A stretch of 64,000 nt of DNA from Antechinus flavipes (GCF_016432865.1 NC_067398.1:712752001-712816000), one strand, 5' to 3'; counted from the first letter of the stretch, positions 35,011 through 49,655 are shown. Notes: a model not told the origin generated them from the letters alone. Numbers and translations are program-made.

Positions 35011-36898
35011 CAAGGACTTCCCAGGTCTATTCTGGATGGAAAAGGCTCCAGGGCAGAAGTGGATGCTCCCTGGGCCTGGGCTGGTGGCTCCGAGCCCCTG
35101 CATAGCTTGCTCAAGGCCTACTGCCACCGCCACCGCCTCCAAAATCCTGGCTCTTTAAAACTGTCAAACATTTGTGTACAAACAGCGGGCTGAAGTATGG
35201 CTCGAATTAAAGAGCAAGCTAAAAATACACAAAAATGGCTCAAACAAACTCGCGTTCCAAGAACAGGACATATACATCTGACTTGTACAATTAATGAAGT
35301 TTATGCCCCTTTTGGAATTTTTGGGAGGATACTCAAGTTGAATCAAACTATTAAACACTGGTAATGGAAAGATGGCAACATGCAAGATTCCAGCCAAACC
35401 CAAGTCTGAGAAACATCTCGGCAAAGATGAAAAAAGCATGTCCGATGAGGCAGAAGTTCCACAAAACCAGAGAAGCAGCATCAACCTCCTGCATCTCATC
35501 CAGGACCCCAAGCCCACAGGTGCTTGGGGCAGTGGCTCCTCCAAGCACATGCAGACACAACAGAGATCGGAGGCAGGTCCCAGCTGATGGCCTAAGGGCC
35601 CGGCTCTCCCTCCAAGACCAGAACTAGGAAGATGGCAGGGAGCAGGAGACCAGGTCACAGCCACCATCCAGAACAAAGCAGTGGCAACAGTGCTCAGACT
35701 GCAGTGAGAACAAGACCAGAGCTATGCCCTGGATTCAGAGCACATAGATAATGGTCCTAGCTGCTGAGTCAAAAGCCAGGAATTGAGGCAAAAGACACAA
35801 GTAAACAGAAGAAAACTAATTCAATAAAAAAAAAAAAAATACCATGGGTTTAAGAGAAGATCAAAAAGTAAATCCATAAGATGAAAAATAAATTCCACAA
35901 TAAACACAAGTAGAGCCTCAGGGTGGGAACTGGAGTGGCCACAAGAACTAAGTGGATAGAATAAAACAAGGGATTAAAAAAAGAAAGAAAGAAATAATAG
36001 AACTCATAAGGGAGAAAATGACATGAGAATAAGCGCTTAGAACAGAGACTATCTTGAAAACAATGAAACAAGTAACTCAAATGACTCACTGAAATAACCA
36101 GAAACAAAAACAAAGTCAAAAGCGTGAAAAATTAGAAGGCCAAATGAGGTGTCCACCGTGGAAAAATAACCGACCTAAAAGTAGTTTGGGGAAATAACCA
36201 CTCTTGTTCCCAGAAACAACTAAAACTCAGACACTGTATTTCAAGAATACCGCCCAGAATTATGCTAGCACCAGGAAAGAACAAAGTGGAAAGAGAAAGA
36301 CACTCCAACCAGAAAACATCCAAAAATGTCAGCCAAGATCCATGGCCTCCAGGGCCAGGGAAAGGAAGAAAAAGTTCATGGGTCAAGAAACCGTAGGCAG
36401 AATCCGGTAGCCAATTACTAGAGAGAAAAGAAATTCTTAGATGCACAATCCTAAAGGCAAAAGCGAAAACTTATCACCAAGGATAACTCATGCGGAGAAA
36501 GGAAAATATCAACCTCCATGGAGGAAATGATAAGACCTTTAGTGTGAGAATTCTCCCAAGTCTTAGAAAAAGAAGTAAAATCTGAGCAACATGCACAGCA
36601 GACAAGAAGCTTACAAAGGCAAATGTGTCTGAGGAATTAAGGAGCTAAAGGATGATCACATGATTACACAATCACTGGAGAGGAGAGACAACTATCTCTT
36701 CAGAATCCTACTATCTTCAAGGTCAAAGAAATAATAAAGAAAAAGGCAGGGCCAGGTTATGATTTTATTGATTTGCTAGTTCTGAAAGAAATCAAAGGGA
36801 GGTAGGGAAAGGAATATACTAGACAAGAAATGAAGGTGAAACTTATTTATTGTAACTAAATTCAGAAAGTCATCTTTCTTATCCAAAAGGCAGATACA

Positions 36899-36900
<2 letters not shown>

Positions 36901-36940
<40 letters not shown>
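36901..36940. repeat. (AC)20 microsatellite within L1
   Basis: Direct reading. Confidence 0.97.
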
Positions 36941-36942
<2 letters not shown>

Positions 36943-38054
36943 AACCACGTGTGTATATATGTACACATACATATAATGTACACACATATATAAAAGACAG
37001 CTTTTGCGAGGGAGCCACAGGGCAAACAAGAAGGCTGGTCCCAAATGGTCAGAACCAGGGATCTGGCTCTGGGTTTGGTGAAGAATGGATGGGCACAAGA
37101 GTAGGATCAGCCACTCCAATTACAGATGACTGATTTTGAATCTATTCTCTTTCTTTTCCTACCTTGCTTTTTTTTATTTCAAGGCAATAGGGCCAAAGGG
37201 AGAAAGGAAAAAAATATATATATATATGGGGAGAAAATACAAGTAACAATTGTTAACTCTGAGTGTGATTAATTTCTTCATGTAACAGAAATGTAGCTAA
37301 ATGGATTAGAGAGCAAAATTTAACAATATGTTGTTTAAAGGAAACACAATTGAAACAAAGATTCACAGAATTAAATTGAAGGCCTGAGTAGAATTTATTA
37401 TGTTTCAGGTGAATCTAAAAGCGTTAAAGTAGCAATCAGCTGTTATCTAGTGATTAATGAAAGTGAATTGAAAAGTAGTATGCATATGTATCAGCTTTCC
37501 ATGGCAACTCTACAAAAATGTATTGTGTCCAGACCAAAAAAAAATGCCTCACAAAGACAAAAAAGCAGAATGTTGAACACACAACTTTTACTGATCATAA
37601 TGTAATCAATAAGTGAAATCTGAAGAAAGGATTACAATTTAAGTGGAAATTAAGTAACAGAATCCTAAAGAATGAAGAGGAAAAAGAACACATTGTAGAA
37701 ACAATAATTTTATTAAAGAAAATAGCAACTATAACATACCAAAGTTAGAAGGATTAAATTACAGTAGTTCTTTTGAGAGAAATATTTTCTCTAAATACTT
37801 TCAACCACCAGAGAAAACAAGTCAAAGAAGTGTGCATCTAATTTTTTTTTAAGTTAAAAAGCAACAAATCAAAAAACTTCAAACATATGCAAAAAAGAAA
37901 AAAAAAAAAGAAACTGAAAACAAAAAAGCCAAAAAAATTGAACTCACAGACTAAGAGCTGGGTTTTTTTGCAAAAGAATATGCAAAAATTTTTAATTTGG
38001 TTAAAAGCCAACCAGAGACTCTAAATAACCAAAATCATGAGAAGAGGTCTGATT

Positions 38055-38255
38055 TTTTGGGACTAGAGCTATGGTTTTTCATCACAGCTCCCTGTGAGGA
38101 AGTTTCTTTATCTATCAATTCTGATCAATGCCTTTTCTGCAAATTAAGGTCTTAGGGAACCTCCAAGAGCACAGATGCTGAGTGGTTCACCCAAGCTGTG
38201 TATGCAATTTCAGAGGTAAATCAGGTCTCTATCCACTAAGTCATGATGCCTCTTC
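38055..38255 (-). mobile_element. MdoRep1/Mar3-like SINE inserted in the old L1
   Basis: tgggactagag...gtgaggaagtttc...ttctgcaaattaaggtcttaggg...tctctatccactaagtcatgatgcctc. Confidence 0.5.
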
Positions 38256-41200
38256 TTCACACAATTTTCTAGCAACAAAAGTGATCATTGTTTACAAAAA
38301 TAAAAACTCCCAGATTATCAGAATAAGATAGACCTTTTAAATAATTCAATTTAAGAGGAAAAAAAAATTGAACACGTCATAAATGAACTCCCAAAAGAAA
38401 ACAAACCTACAAGTGAATCCTAGTAAACACCCAAAGAAAAATTAACTGTAATAATACAGTTTGGGGGCAAAAAAAAAGAGAAATGAAAGAAACCATTCAA
38501 CCAATTGCTTCAATGAGTCAAATATCGTCCTGCTATCCAAGCAAGGGAGGGATGATCAAGCAGAAAGCTAATGAATGAGTAAAAAATATGGAATAAAATA
38601 TAAGTCAACAGGCTAAAAAAATATTAAAAAGATCATACACCATAATAAGGGTGAATTTATACAACCTGAGGGCTAGAATGACATTTTAGAAACTGATAAA
38701 CAGACCATGTAAATGTAGAAAATGCTTCTGGCAAAATATACACAATAATGTTAAAAAAAAAAAACACCTTTCTTTATTATAGTAAGCAACGAATATTATC
38801 TATAATGGAGAAATTCTTAGAAGCCCTTCTAGGGCCAAGTTAGGATTCCTACTGCTACCATAAGATCAGACAAAAAGTAGGGAAATGATCACTAGCAAAG
38901 AAAAAAATAACAAAATCATTGGACTGGGGCTGTGCAACAGGTATCATTTTTATTTGAAGAACTCTAGAGTCAACTAAAACTGAACTGAAACAATAACCTT
39001 GCTAAAGTAACTGACCCTCAAAGTCATCAGCCCTTCTATGTATTGCTAAGAAAATGCAATAGGAAGAGACAGAGAAAGACATCCATTTATAGTCACTGCA
39101 AATTAGGCCGTCGATAGATGTGAATCTACCTATTAAGACATACTCAGAACTTATATTAGTACCATTACAAAACACTCGTTACAGAAATAAAGTTAGACTT
39201 ACATTGTTGGGGTACTAATTCTTGGAATTATTGATGAATCCAAAACCATTCTAGAAAATATTTTGTTGTCATGTCCAAAATAAACTACAAATCTGATGAT
39301 GTAACAAAGAGGGGAAACTATCACTACTGAAAAATATTTACACTAACCCTCTTTATTGTAGCAAAGAATTCCTCTAAGGTATATCTCTTTTAATGTAGCT
39401 CAGAATTTAGAATTGCAGTCCACTAAGACCCCTTCATCTTTTTTAGTTGGCATATTTTGCCATTTCTTTTTTGTGTGAAACGAGTATCTAAACTCAAGCT
39501 TAAGATTTGACATGTTAAAGTGCCACTTGATCTGAGCTTTGATGGAAAAAGGAATCTGAAAGGCAAAGATCAAAATAAGAGTTATGTTCCAGTCATAGGG
39601 GAGGGAGAGAGAGGGAAAAGGTAGTTTGTGAGTCAAGTAGAAAGCACAGCAGGTAGCTGGTCTGGCCAGAACATTAAGACCACAAAGACAAGCTGCAATG
39701 GACAAAGTGGAGTCTGCAGGAGTGCTGAGCAACTGTCCTTCTTAGCTACAATCATTACCCTCAGGCTAAGAGGGAGAAAGAACACATGCCCACTTGGTAA
39801 AGAGTGTATGTGTGTGGTGTGTGTCTCTTGTCACCGAACCCAGCGCTGGCCAAGTCCTTCAGAGAGGGAGAACCAACCAGGAGACCTGGATGGGTCCAAT
39901 ATTGGTGCACAGAACTTCAGAAAGCATCTATTAGAAACAGATTTGAGCTCAAGTGCTTTGTCATCCAAGTACAGAGGGACTATACCAAGCGATTACGTTC
40001 TCACACATCCCAGGAGGAGGAAGAGGCAAGAAATGCAACAGTCTTGACGCTGCTTCTTTCTTTAACATTACCTAATAATTCCCAACAATGCTTGATACTC
40101 ATGCTGCTTTCAGCTCTAAATTGTTATTCTCTAAAACAAATTAATAATTTATAGGACACTTACTATGTACTCAGCGTTATGCTGAGCTCTTTACAAATAT
40201 CGCATCTGATCTCACAGAAGTGAAGTCTCTTACCCAGGGTCACACAATTACAAGTGTCTCAGGAGGAATTTGAACGCAGGTTTTCCTGACTAATTTTAGG
40301 AATGTCAATTAAGGAAAGAGCTATTAAGTCAAAATAAACAAAAGCCTTGAATCTTATTCTCACTTAAGAAAATGAAAAGCCCTGGATTTGGGAGCCAAAA
40401 TCCAAACTTACTTACCACCTCTGTCTCTGGAGCAGTTGTGAAACCACTCTGAGCTACAACTTGTTGTCTGACATGGGAACAGGGGACAATAGCATGGCAC
40501 GGCAGGAGTCTCATATGCCAGGGCCATGAGCGTCAATGTCACATACAAAAGGGGGCACCTCTCCAGCAGCAGGCTAACTTCTGAGAACATGTTAAGCAAA
40601 GCAGGAAGAGGAACTCTCCAAAACTGTAGGTCCTGCCTCATTCCTGCCCGCCACCTCCTCTCAGCTCCTAAGATCATTCATGCCATGAGCACCATACCCC
40701 ATCTCCTCACTAAACTTGGTTTCTCTCCATCACCCACGAGACTAAAGACAATTCTATATAAGACATAGACACTTACACCCTTAAAAAAGGTTTTATAGCT
40801 GGCTTTCCAAACTTCGCATTTCTCCACAAAACTATGGAAGGAAAGATACAACTTGAACACCCCCCAAATCTTCAATGTTCCTACAGCTACATAGGAATTA
40901 TACTTAGGTTAAGATTAAAGCAGACAACTAAAAAAATTAGACTAACAAGCAAATTCAGGAAAACAAAAATAAGGGTAAAAGTCATCTGATTATCAAGAGA
41001 CAGGATCCCTTGAATTTTAATTCGAAGCCAATAGAAAAATCCCAAATCCAAATTGTGAATCATCACAATGTAATTCCAATTCCACTATACGATCCCAAGC
41101 ACTAACCAATTGTGAAATCCCTCCTTAGTTTGTATTTTTACCAAATTCCTTAAATTTCATAACTAACTTGAAATGAAACCGAAAAGACCAAATCATGCTT

Positions 41201-42120
41201 TTAATTTAACAACACATATTAGGTTACCCCTAAGGTATGTGAAAGAGGCCTAGGGCAAGTAATGTATACTTCAAGCTACATAATATAATCAAACAAAAAG
41301 CTGTATGTTTAGCTGGCATGGTGTGCAATCAGTCTGTCTAATCCACCAGCTCTCACCTTTCAGAACTGTGACAAATAAATATATACAAATGGAAAAAGAA
41401 ATGTTTTTGAAAAGTGAATCCCGAGGGATACTAAAAACTCAATTTCCAAAACTACAATGTTCTCAAAGCCTTTTATTGGATGTTGATAACAACACGTTTA
41501 TTTCTTGTCCCCAAATCTGTCAGGGTAAGTCTTCACTTATTATAATGAGTCCAAGTTCAGACCCAGCACCAGAACCTTTCCCAGAATGGACACAGGGCTC
41601 ACACTCCCCTTACAGAGGATTAGTTTTAGATAATTGTCTGAAGGTTCCTTTTCAGCAGGATTTGCAATGCAAGTTTTCAAGCCCTAGCTCACTGAGAAAA
41701 GAGTAATTACAAGTTAAAAATAAATGACACCCCGCTGGGGTTGCTGCCAGCTCTACTTGAAAGGTTTAAAGACATGCAATCACTGAAAAGATGAGAAGTG
41801 GTTGGCCTGAAACTTTCTAAGAGGAATCTGCCTGAAGCACAGCATTTAGAATTGAGTAACCCAGAAGATAGGAACTATCGGACACGACATTCAGCATCAG
41901 TCTCCGTTCGGGACACAACCGGGCCAGAACGACAGTTTAGCACGAGACATTTTAGTAAAAGAAACTAATGAAGACAGACCAAGAGTTCAAAGAGCAGAGG
42001 GAAAAAAATTAGTTCTTCTCTCCAATCTGTATGCCCCAGATTTTCTTTTTTGTAGATCAGATATGTTTTGACACTGATCATGCAATCTGGGAGTCTCTCC
42101 CATTTTAAAAAGTATTTTCC

Positions 42121-42165
42121 AAAATAAATAAATGAATGAATGAATGAATGAATAATGAATGAATA
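42121..42165. repeat. (AATA)/(AATG)n simple repeat
   Basis: Direct reading. Confidence 0.9.
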
Positions 42166-42369
42166 AGAATCTCAGCTTTCTTTCCATAATAAAATCTAGA
42201 GTGAATCTAATCTGATCACCAAAAGCGTAGCAGACAGAGCCTTGGATCTGAAATCAAGATGACATAAGTTTGACTCTTTCTAGTCCTGTGATCCCAAGCC
42301 ACAGTTTACTCATCTGTAAAATGGATCGCACCACTCTCCCTACAGATTCAGGACATCAAAGCAGATTGG

Positions 42370-42740
42370 TGTTTGTCCTTTCCGAAGGGCTAACTAGTGA
42401 CATCATGGGTCAACATCCTGACTCGTATGTACAGGATTCAGTAGAGGCCAAACAAGTCAGGACAGCCTTGAATGACTGGGGATGCCGTGGGCAACTGAGG
42501 CGCCTTCAGTGTCTGATCAAGCTCTAAGTGCTCCACAGAGTTCCGTGTGCTTGGAACCAACTTCCCCATAGCTCAATCAGGGGTTTGAACCTGTCACTTG
42601 CTCTCCATCTGTTGAGATGGTGTTGCTGAGATGAGGTCACTGAGCACGCCACAACTTCTGGGAGCCACAGGTGAGAGTTGTGGTGTGGCGGTGAATGAGG
42701 TGAGTAAGAAGCTCTGAATAGGCCTTGGCAGACTCCATTG
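42370..42740 (-). mobile_element. WALLSI4-like RTE-related SINE
   Basis: gtttgtcctt terminus, gtctgatcaagctctaagtgctccacag and cttctgggagccacaggtgagagttg diagnostic blocks. Confidence 0.7.
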
Positions 42741-43877
42741 AAGAGCTATTAATCCTCCTTTAAACACCAACTCTTTAAAGTTAATCTTTTTATATTATCT
42801 AAATTTCTTCTTGTTCTTTCCCACCCCCTCTTCTAGAAAGCTCCAGATTAAAAAGACTCTCCAGTCTTCATAGTGACATTATGTCACTAATGAGAGATTA
42901 GGCCTGCCAATGTCCTCTAGGCTCCCAGCATCAGGAAAGAGACTTCAACTGTTTGGTGGCCGGTCCTGCTCTCCCAACCTACGCCACATAAAAAGTCAGC
43001 ACCCTGAGCTCTCGACTCCTCCTGGAGATGTGGAGTCCAAACTCAGGCTGTAAAGTAACTCTGGAGACTGTCACATAAAACCAAGTGGGCATTTTATGAC
43101 TTAAACTTAAGGGGGACAAAAATATCAAAGTACCTTCAGGACATCAAACTACCTTCTGTTTTAAAATTAGTATTTTAAAGGCTTAAAGATTTCCTGAGTT
43201 TCTAAGGGGATCCGAGAATGGGATTGTTTCCAAATGAGAAATTAAGATAAATACATATTATAGCCTCACATCTATGAAAGTCAAGTTAAGTGTGTCAATT
43301 TGACGAAAGCCTGATTTAAGAATCCCCTTCTCCAGCAGAGACTGCAAGTTATTGTCAAGAGAAAGAGGGAATCCATTAATAATGATTGGGGAAAGACTTG
43401 AAACACACAAAGATAAAGTGACTACTTTCTCACAGCTGCACAAGTTAAGTACTAAAGGTAGAACTAGAATCCAAATCCTGATTTCAGGCCCAGCACGTTA
43501 TCCACAAAATCACACTGCTTGGGCAATACATTATATAAAACACTATTTACACACATTTCAAGTGCTTTAGCTTTGGCTATACAAACTGGGGCACAGAAAT
43601 GTCCCCACTCCACACATAACAGGGAATATGATGAATACCAAGAAGCATCACAAGATTCACCAGAAACGAGAGAAAGGAAACAGAGCCAAGATTACAACAA
43701 CAGAGGAGTCAACAAAGAACCTCCACAGAACAAGCAATATTAGATTAAGATCAAAAAAGAGATATGACCACAACCTTCCCTCTGCAGGTAGGCACTGCAA
43801 CCAATTTTAATGTACCAATTAGTTTGATTTCTTACATCCTATTTCTTTTCTTCGAGGAGGGGAAAAGTACTATTATG

Positions 43878-43880
<3 letters not shown>

Positions 43881-43922
<42 letters not shown>
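43881..43922. repeat. (AT)21 microsatellite
   Basis: Direct reading. Confidence 0.97.
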
Positions 43923-43924
<2 letters not shown>

Positions 43925-46559
43925 AATGGCTCTCTGAACAAAAGAAAACTTAGTGATTTAAAAAAGAAAAAGATATCCATAAAAATCAAATTGGTAAAAA
44001 TGGCATCACCTAAGATATACTCAATCCTGATGAGGAAAATATATCAATAACAGAGCTATCAAGAGCTGACAAGAACCGACAAAGATAAAGATCTGAAAAA
44101 CAAGGGTGAAACAAGGCTTTGAAAGCTCCAAAGGACACAAAAATTCAAGATATCCCTCCTCTTGGTTCAAAGCCCCTTGGTGGCTCCCTAATCTCACCAG
44201 TTCATGACAAGTTTCTGTTTGTGGCAATCCAGGTCATGCACTCTCCCTCCTGTAACTTATAAGAGCCCTTCCCAATTCCCTCTGCTGGGACTATCTCCAT
44301 CCTCACTGCCCCCAACCCCATTCTGATTTGATCATGTCTGCCTCCACTCATGCTCAGCATGCTCAGGACCCTCAGATATCAGAGCAGGCTTGGACAATCC
44401 ACATCAAGTTGACCAAGCTTTCCATAGGGACTAGACTGACAGTTGATGTGATGTAGGGAGCATCCCCACACTTGCCTAGTCTTGTCTCAGACTGTCCCAC
44501 AGGGCCATGGTCATCTTATCTTGGTATCCCAGGATTTAGTGTTTTGTCAACACAGGGTAGGAAGAGGCCCTTAATACGATGTTTCTTCATTATCAAGAGA
44601 CCCCATGTTTCAGTGCCAAGTTCCAAGAGATACTTTAAAGATATCTGAAAATGTGGGCTCTAAAAATAGCTGTGCTTAAAAATCAAAAAAGTCAATTCTA
44701 CAACATGGTCTTAAAAGGTCTAACAAGAAGCAAATGTTTGAGTTACTTTCTTAACACCCACCTCGAAGATGTGGTTTCAAACAGATCTGAATACATTAAT
44801 TCAAAGAACTTCAGAGCCAGGAACAAAACTGAGAGATCATCTAAAACAGATGGCACTTCCCCTGAAGGGATAGTGGTAGAGATTGTACATTTTTGTTTTT
44901 ACTTTTCATCTCTGGCACCCAACACAGTGCCTAGCCAACACCTAGGATTACTGCTACAAGGAAGCAGATAATGACTGACCACAGTCTGACTTGAATCCGG
45001 CTCTCGGTCCCCTGTACCACACTGGCAGGCACTGAAAAGAAGCCTGCTGGTGGAAGTGGAACAACCCTTTTGATTATATAGATGAGCAAAGTGTTTGCCC
45101 AACACCACAGAGCTGTCAACAGCAATGAAGATGCATGGTCTCTAGTCCGCTGCTCTTGGCAACTTCTCTCTGCTGGGCTCCTAAGGCCAACTCCATGGCC
45201 CATCATCCTAGCTCAGAACTGAGCATGGTCTCCTTGACAGCCAAGAGTTCTTTCTATCCTTAACCTCATCCCTGGATCTTTTGCCCTAATCGCTGGATTC
45301 TCTTGCCCCTAAGTGGTAGATTTTGATTCAAAAGGCCTTCAAGATGCCACCTTCATTCACCCTCATTCTACTGAAGAGAAAACAGAAAATTAGGGAGCAG
45401 AGATGTGCCCCAGAATTGCAAAGCCTTGGGCATAGGTCTCTTTCTGTCCCCCTCTCCAGCCTGAATCATGGGGTGCCCAGACCACCACCCCCAATCCCTG
45501 TTGGCCTTCTCCCTCTTTCAGGAGCCTGGGAGCAGGCTAATGGTCACCACTGATCCCACTACTGTCTACAGAGGAGGGAACCCTCAGGCTAGAGCTCATT
45601 AGTGATCATTGATAAGGTGATTTGTCAAAATTCTGCTTATTCAACTTAGAATTACTTAATAGAGGCAAAGAAACAGGCTGGCTTCAAGGTTCTTCCTCAC
45701 CACCTAATGTGCTGTGGGGTGACCACTGCACTACAGAATCAAAGACTCAGAAAATAAAAATGGCCCACAAGTATCTTCCTTTAACTGAGTAAGATTTAGT
45801 GGCAACCAGAAAGAGCTCCATTTGATGTTTCTGGGAAAAGGAACAAATGTAAAACTTGAAGATACAAATGTGGAGGCGTCCTCATTATACAGAAAGGCAC
45901 CTCCAAGTATAACCAATGTCATCATATTTATCTAATTACTGCCATCCCAGATGCCTGGAAGATACTTGGTTTAAATGAACCAAATGAACCAGGAAGCTTT
46001 AGTAGACCACACAAAAAAATTTCGAAGTAAGATTTTCATCTGTTTAAAAATAATAGATATTTTCTTGCTTCAACTAAAAGAGAAATAGATTTGGAAAAGG
46101 CAAAGGTCATAAAAAGGAAACTTCTGAGCATGCTGCCTTTATGCTCACTGCACCCAAGCAAACAAGAAAGGTGTTTGTAGCCACGAGGAAAGGAGGGCAA
46201 CTATGTAGCTAGCAGTTCTGCCCTCCATCCAGTGACAAAAGCCTCCCCGATTGGCCACAGAGAACGTCCTGAAGCACCTGCTCACAGGCGTGCCAGGAAG
46301 CACATAGCACAGCTCTGATTCTGTCTCCTCACCAGGACCTAAGGCACTTCCATAAATCGAGACCCTTGGTCAGGCGCCCATATTCCCCTTCACTGACTCC
46401 TCTGAAAGCTTCCCAACATCTCTGATCCATTTCATTCTGCCCTTCAAACCCAGCTTGCTGCCCAAGCTCCCAGATGACCCCATCATCCCCTAAGAACCAA
46501 TACCAGCTCCTTTGCCACTGATACTAACAGCCCGTCCCAACATGGCTCCAATTTCCTCC

Positions 46560-46830
46560 CTTTCACTCAGGCCTGGGCTCCTCACAGGTCCCTAGAGGGC
46601 TTGTGCCAGCCTGTCTCCATCCTTGCCATGTAACCTCTAGCTGGACCTTTCCTGCTCACCAAGATGCCCGAGCCCCCTTCCAAGTGACTCCATCTATCCC
46701 TAGCACACCCTCAGATCCATTCATCTTATCCTTTGTGGTGAAAGACGGCTTCATGTTTATCTTCATGTCCCTAGCTCCCAGCACAGTGCCGGGCACAGCA
46801 GGTGCTTAATAGAAATGCTATTTGATTGCT
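46560..46830 (+). mobile_element. L2 3' fragment
   Basis: Ends cccagcacagtgccgggcacagcaggtgcttaata. Confidence 0.6.
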
Positions 46831-48429
46831 ATTTATGTTTTCAAGCACAACATTCGGTTCATGAACTTTCCCTCTAGTAGAGCTGTTGCTGCTATGGCCA
46901 CACAAACAAATTCTGCGATCAGGGACTAAACATATTCAACGAGTTTCCACCACTTCCTTTGGCCCAGAGGGCCAACAGCCCAGCTCACATTGGTGGGCAG
47001 AGGGTTCGAGGGGCACTCGCTGACAGCATCCCACAATGGAAACTGACAGACTGCTGGGAAAAATGTGAAATTCTTCATTTTCCTAAGGACAGAACTTATC
47101 CCATTTTTCCAATAGCCATCAAGGCACTACAGAAAATACAGTAATTGTGACTGCAGTCAGCTTAAACCCCTCTGACAATAAACTAAATATTTTATATATG
47201 TAGTCCATGTTGTGTAAAAAAAAAAAAAATGGCTGGTGTGTGAATTCAACCCAGCTCTTTGCTCGACTACACAATTGGCGATGAAATCTTACACAAAAAA
47301 TTAGGACACCAAATCTAACAGAAATCACACTAGATAATGTGACACATTTTTTCAAGTACAGATTTGAAAGGAATCGATAATTTATGATAAAATATATTAA
47401 TATTTAATCAGTCTCTGGGAGTCTCAATGTTTCAGTCTCACAATTCTCTGTTCTCTGTTGTTCATTTGAAGTCCTATAAATTATTTGGCTAGAGAGGGCA
47501 GTATCTATAAGGCTGAAATCTTTAAAACCCGACTACAAGAGAGCAAGCAGACTTGCTGACTGCCCCTACAATGGTCTTTTCTTTCAAAAGGAGGAGCCAG
47601 AGCTTACCAGTGACAGCCTTCAGGCCTGCTTCAGCCCTGCAGGCACAGAGCTCAAAACGAGCAAGATGATTTCAAGAATATATTAAAACACATTTAGGAA
47701 AATATGTATCTCCTCTAATTTATAAATAACAGAAAATCCTACATACAAAATTGTTCCTAACTTTTGAGCAAGTCTCTGGTCCTAACTGGTACGATTCATT
47801 TCATGAAAACATCCATCTGAATTTTAGTAAGTCAGACAGAGCCTGAAGATGGGAGATGTTTTATTCTCCCAATTGTATCAGCGCTTCCCAAACTGTGCCT
47901 GGGTTAGTCTTCGAGACAGCAGCCCCAAGGCAGGACTACAGACTGTCTGTCAGACAGAGAAGGAATCCGGCAGAGGCCCAATCTCTCCAGAGGCACAAGA
48001 CTTCTTTAATAAGCCACCACACCAGTTATTTGCTGTAACATCACAACAATCTCTATTTTCGAGCACCAACTGGCACCTAGACACACACTATTTATAGATG
48101 GCCTGAGAATGGCTTAAAATAGACAGATGAGCTGCAAAATAAAACCCTGATGGCAGAAAATCTGCTCTGGGCATTTTTAATTATAGGGAATATTTACGTG
48201 CTTTTCTTGTCTCATGACCAGAAAAACATAAGCATCCATCCATCCTGCCTTCCTCTCAGACTGGCCATATGACTCCATGGGCACTCTGAAATGTGGCAAA
48301 TGCATAAGGCAAACTTCAACAACTGTCTAAATACTCTTCTCCCCACAGGCAAAGAAACTTACCTCCACACCAGCACCATAGGGGCCTATCAAGACATCCT
48401 ATGGGACACCCCCAAATGGAGGTCTTGGC

Positions 48430-49225
48430 CTTCCTCCTACCAAATCTACCTTTGAAACTCCCTTGAAAGACCAACCTTCAGTGCTCTCCCTTATTTCAAT
48501 TGTTTCCTCTTACACACCTAATAAGTAGTCCACGATCACCTGCCCTGATTTCAGGGTCTCATCCTCTTCCACTGTAACTACTATGACAGCTTTAATTGAA
48601 AGAGGTAAAGAACATGGGCTCAGAAGACTCAGTTCAAAGCTTATCTCTGATGACGAGTTCCCTGAACCTCAGTTTCTTCACATATACTGATGAAGGGAAT
48701 GGACTTTAATTCAGTTCTATGATCCAATGGCTCTCTAGTCCATGCTGCACAATTCTTGAAATAATCTCTCTTAACCTTGTCAGTGGGCCTTCCTCCCTCT
48801 CTAAGATTCTTAAGAGGATCCCTATTGCCTCCAGGATAAAACCTCTACAAGGCTTCCCCATGCACCATTTGCTTGCTTATGTCTCCTTGTACATGACCCC
48901 AGGTGCTAGCCCCAGGAGCCTCCCTGTCACCTCCAGCCTTGTATGTAGCTCATCTGCTTCCAGCCTGGAAAGCAGACCTTCATCAGTAGCTCCCCCAAGG
49001 TTCCTTCAAGTACCTGGTGGTCTCTGACAGTATTCTCTCTCCTTATTCCAACCTCAAACACTTCTCTGCATACCCAGAAAATGGAGTCCCCTTTGGGGCA
49101 CAGATTAGTTCATTTTTGCCTTTAGATCTGCTGTGCTCAGGAGTGCCGGCTGGGTCGGAACAACTAGTCTAATTAGACACAAGTATTGGTTCTGAAAGCT
49201 CAAGTATAATCAATAAATGTAAAGA
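48430..49225 (+). mobile_element. L2 fragments interrupted by a MIR (~48600-48720)
   Basis: accatcacctgccctgat...actactatgacagc; ccctattgcctccaggataaaa; ends caataaatgt. Confidence 0.55.
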
Positions 49226-49577
49226 AAGGGGGTAGTTTGGATAGATAACTTATTTAACATTTGCCAAAGGGTAACTAAATCACAAATCGAGAAGGAAAGA
49301 ATTCCATTGTCCAATCTGGTGGATGCTCCCCCCCCACAAACACATAAAAAAGCCCAGTCTCTCCAAAGGGTGCTGCACTTAAGATGGATTTGGGAATACT
49401 GATTGTTAATGGGGTGCTGCCCAGCTGCTGACTAGCTGTATCCATTAGCTGCTTCCATGGAACCAAACTCCCAGTGAGCTCATTATATCTTAAACATTAG
49501 TCCCTTCCCAAGATTTAATAATTGCCCAATCAATGCTCTGCTGTCAATAACCATCCATGAGTACCCTTGGGGAGTAC

Positions 49578-49655
49578 CTTCCAATTGGGTCCCAAAGGTC
49601 CTCTCTTGGTCTTGACTGATTGGAATAATGCTGGGTCTTCATCCGGTTTGTAATC
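49578..49655 (-). CDS. PITPNB: PITPNB coding exon (exon 8), 78 nt, [26 protein letters not shown]
   Basis: ttttcctgacag acceptor and AAG|gtactc donor. Matches human [26 protein letters not shown] apart from A>P. Confidence 0.98.

Larger units (their letters stand above)
35350..39340 (+). mobile_element. Old, internally deleted L1 (5' region, ORF1, ORF2 remnants), antisense to PITPNB
   Basis: Endonuclease motifs TICCLKETQLK (37323) and FTDHNVI (37587), A-rich L1 composition, many stops and frameshifts. Confidence 0.8.

Noticed and set aside
35164-35676. 170-aa minus-strand ORF
   Set aside because: It overlaps the antisense of the degenerate L1 5' region and has no recognisable protein similarity.
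39400-39555. Acceptor ttgatctttgcctttcag followed by a 51-codon open frame in intron 8
   Set aside because: No convincing donor or poly(A) signal was identified, and the peptide is unrecognisable. Probably a pseudo-acceptor.
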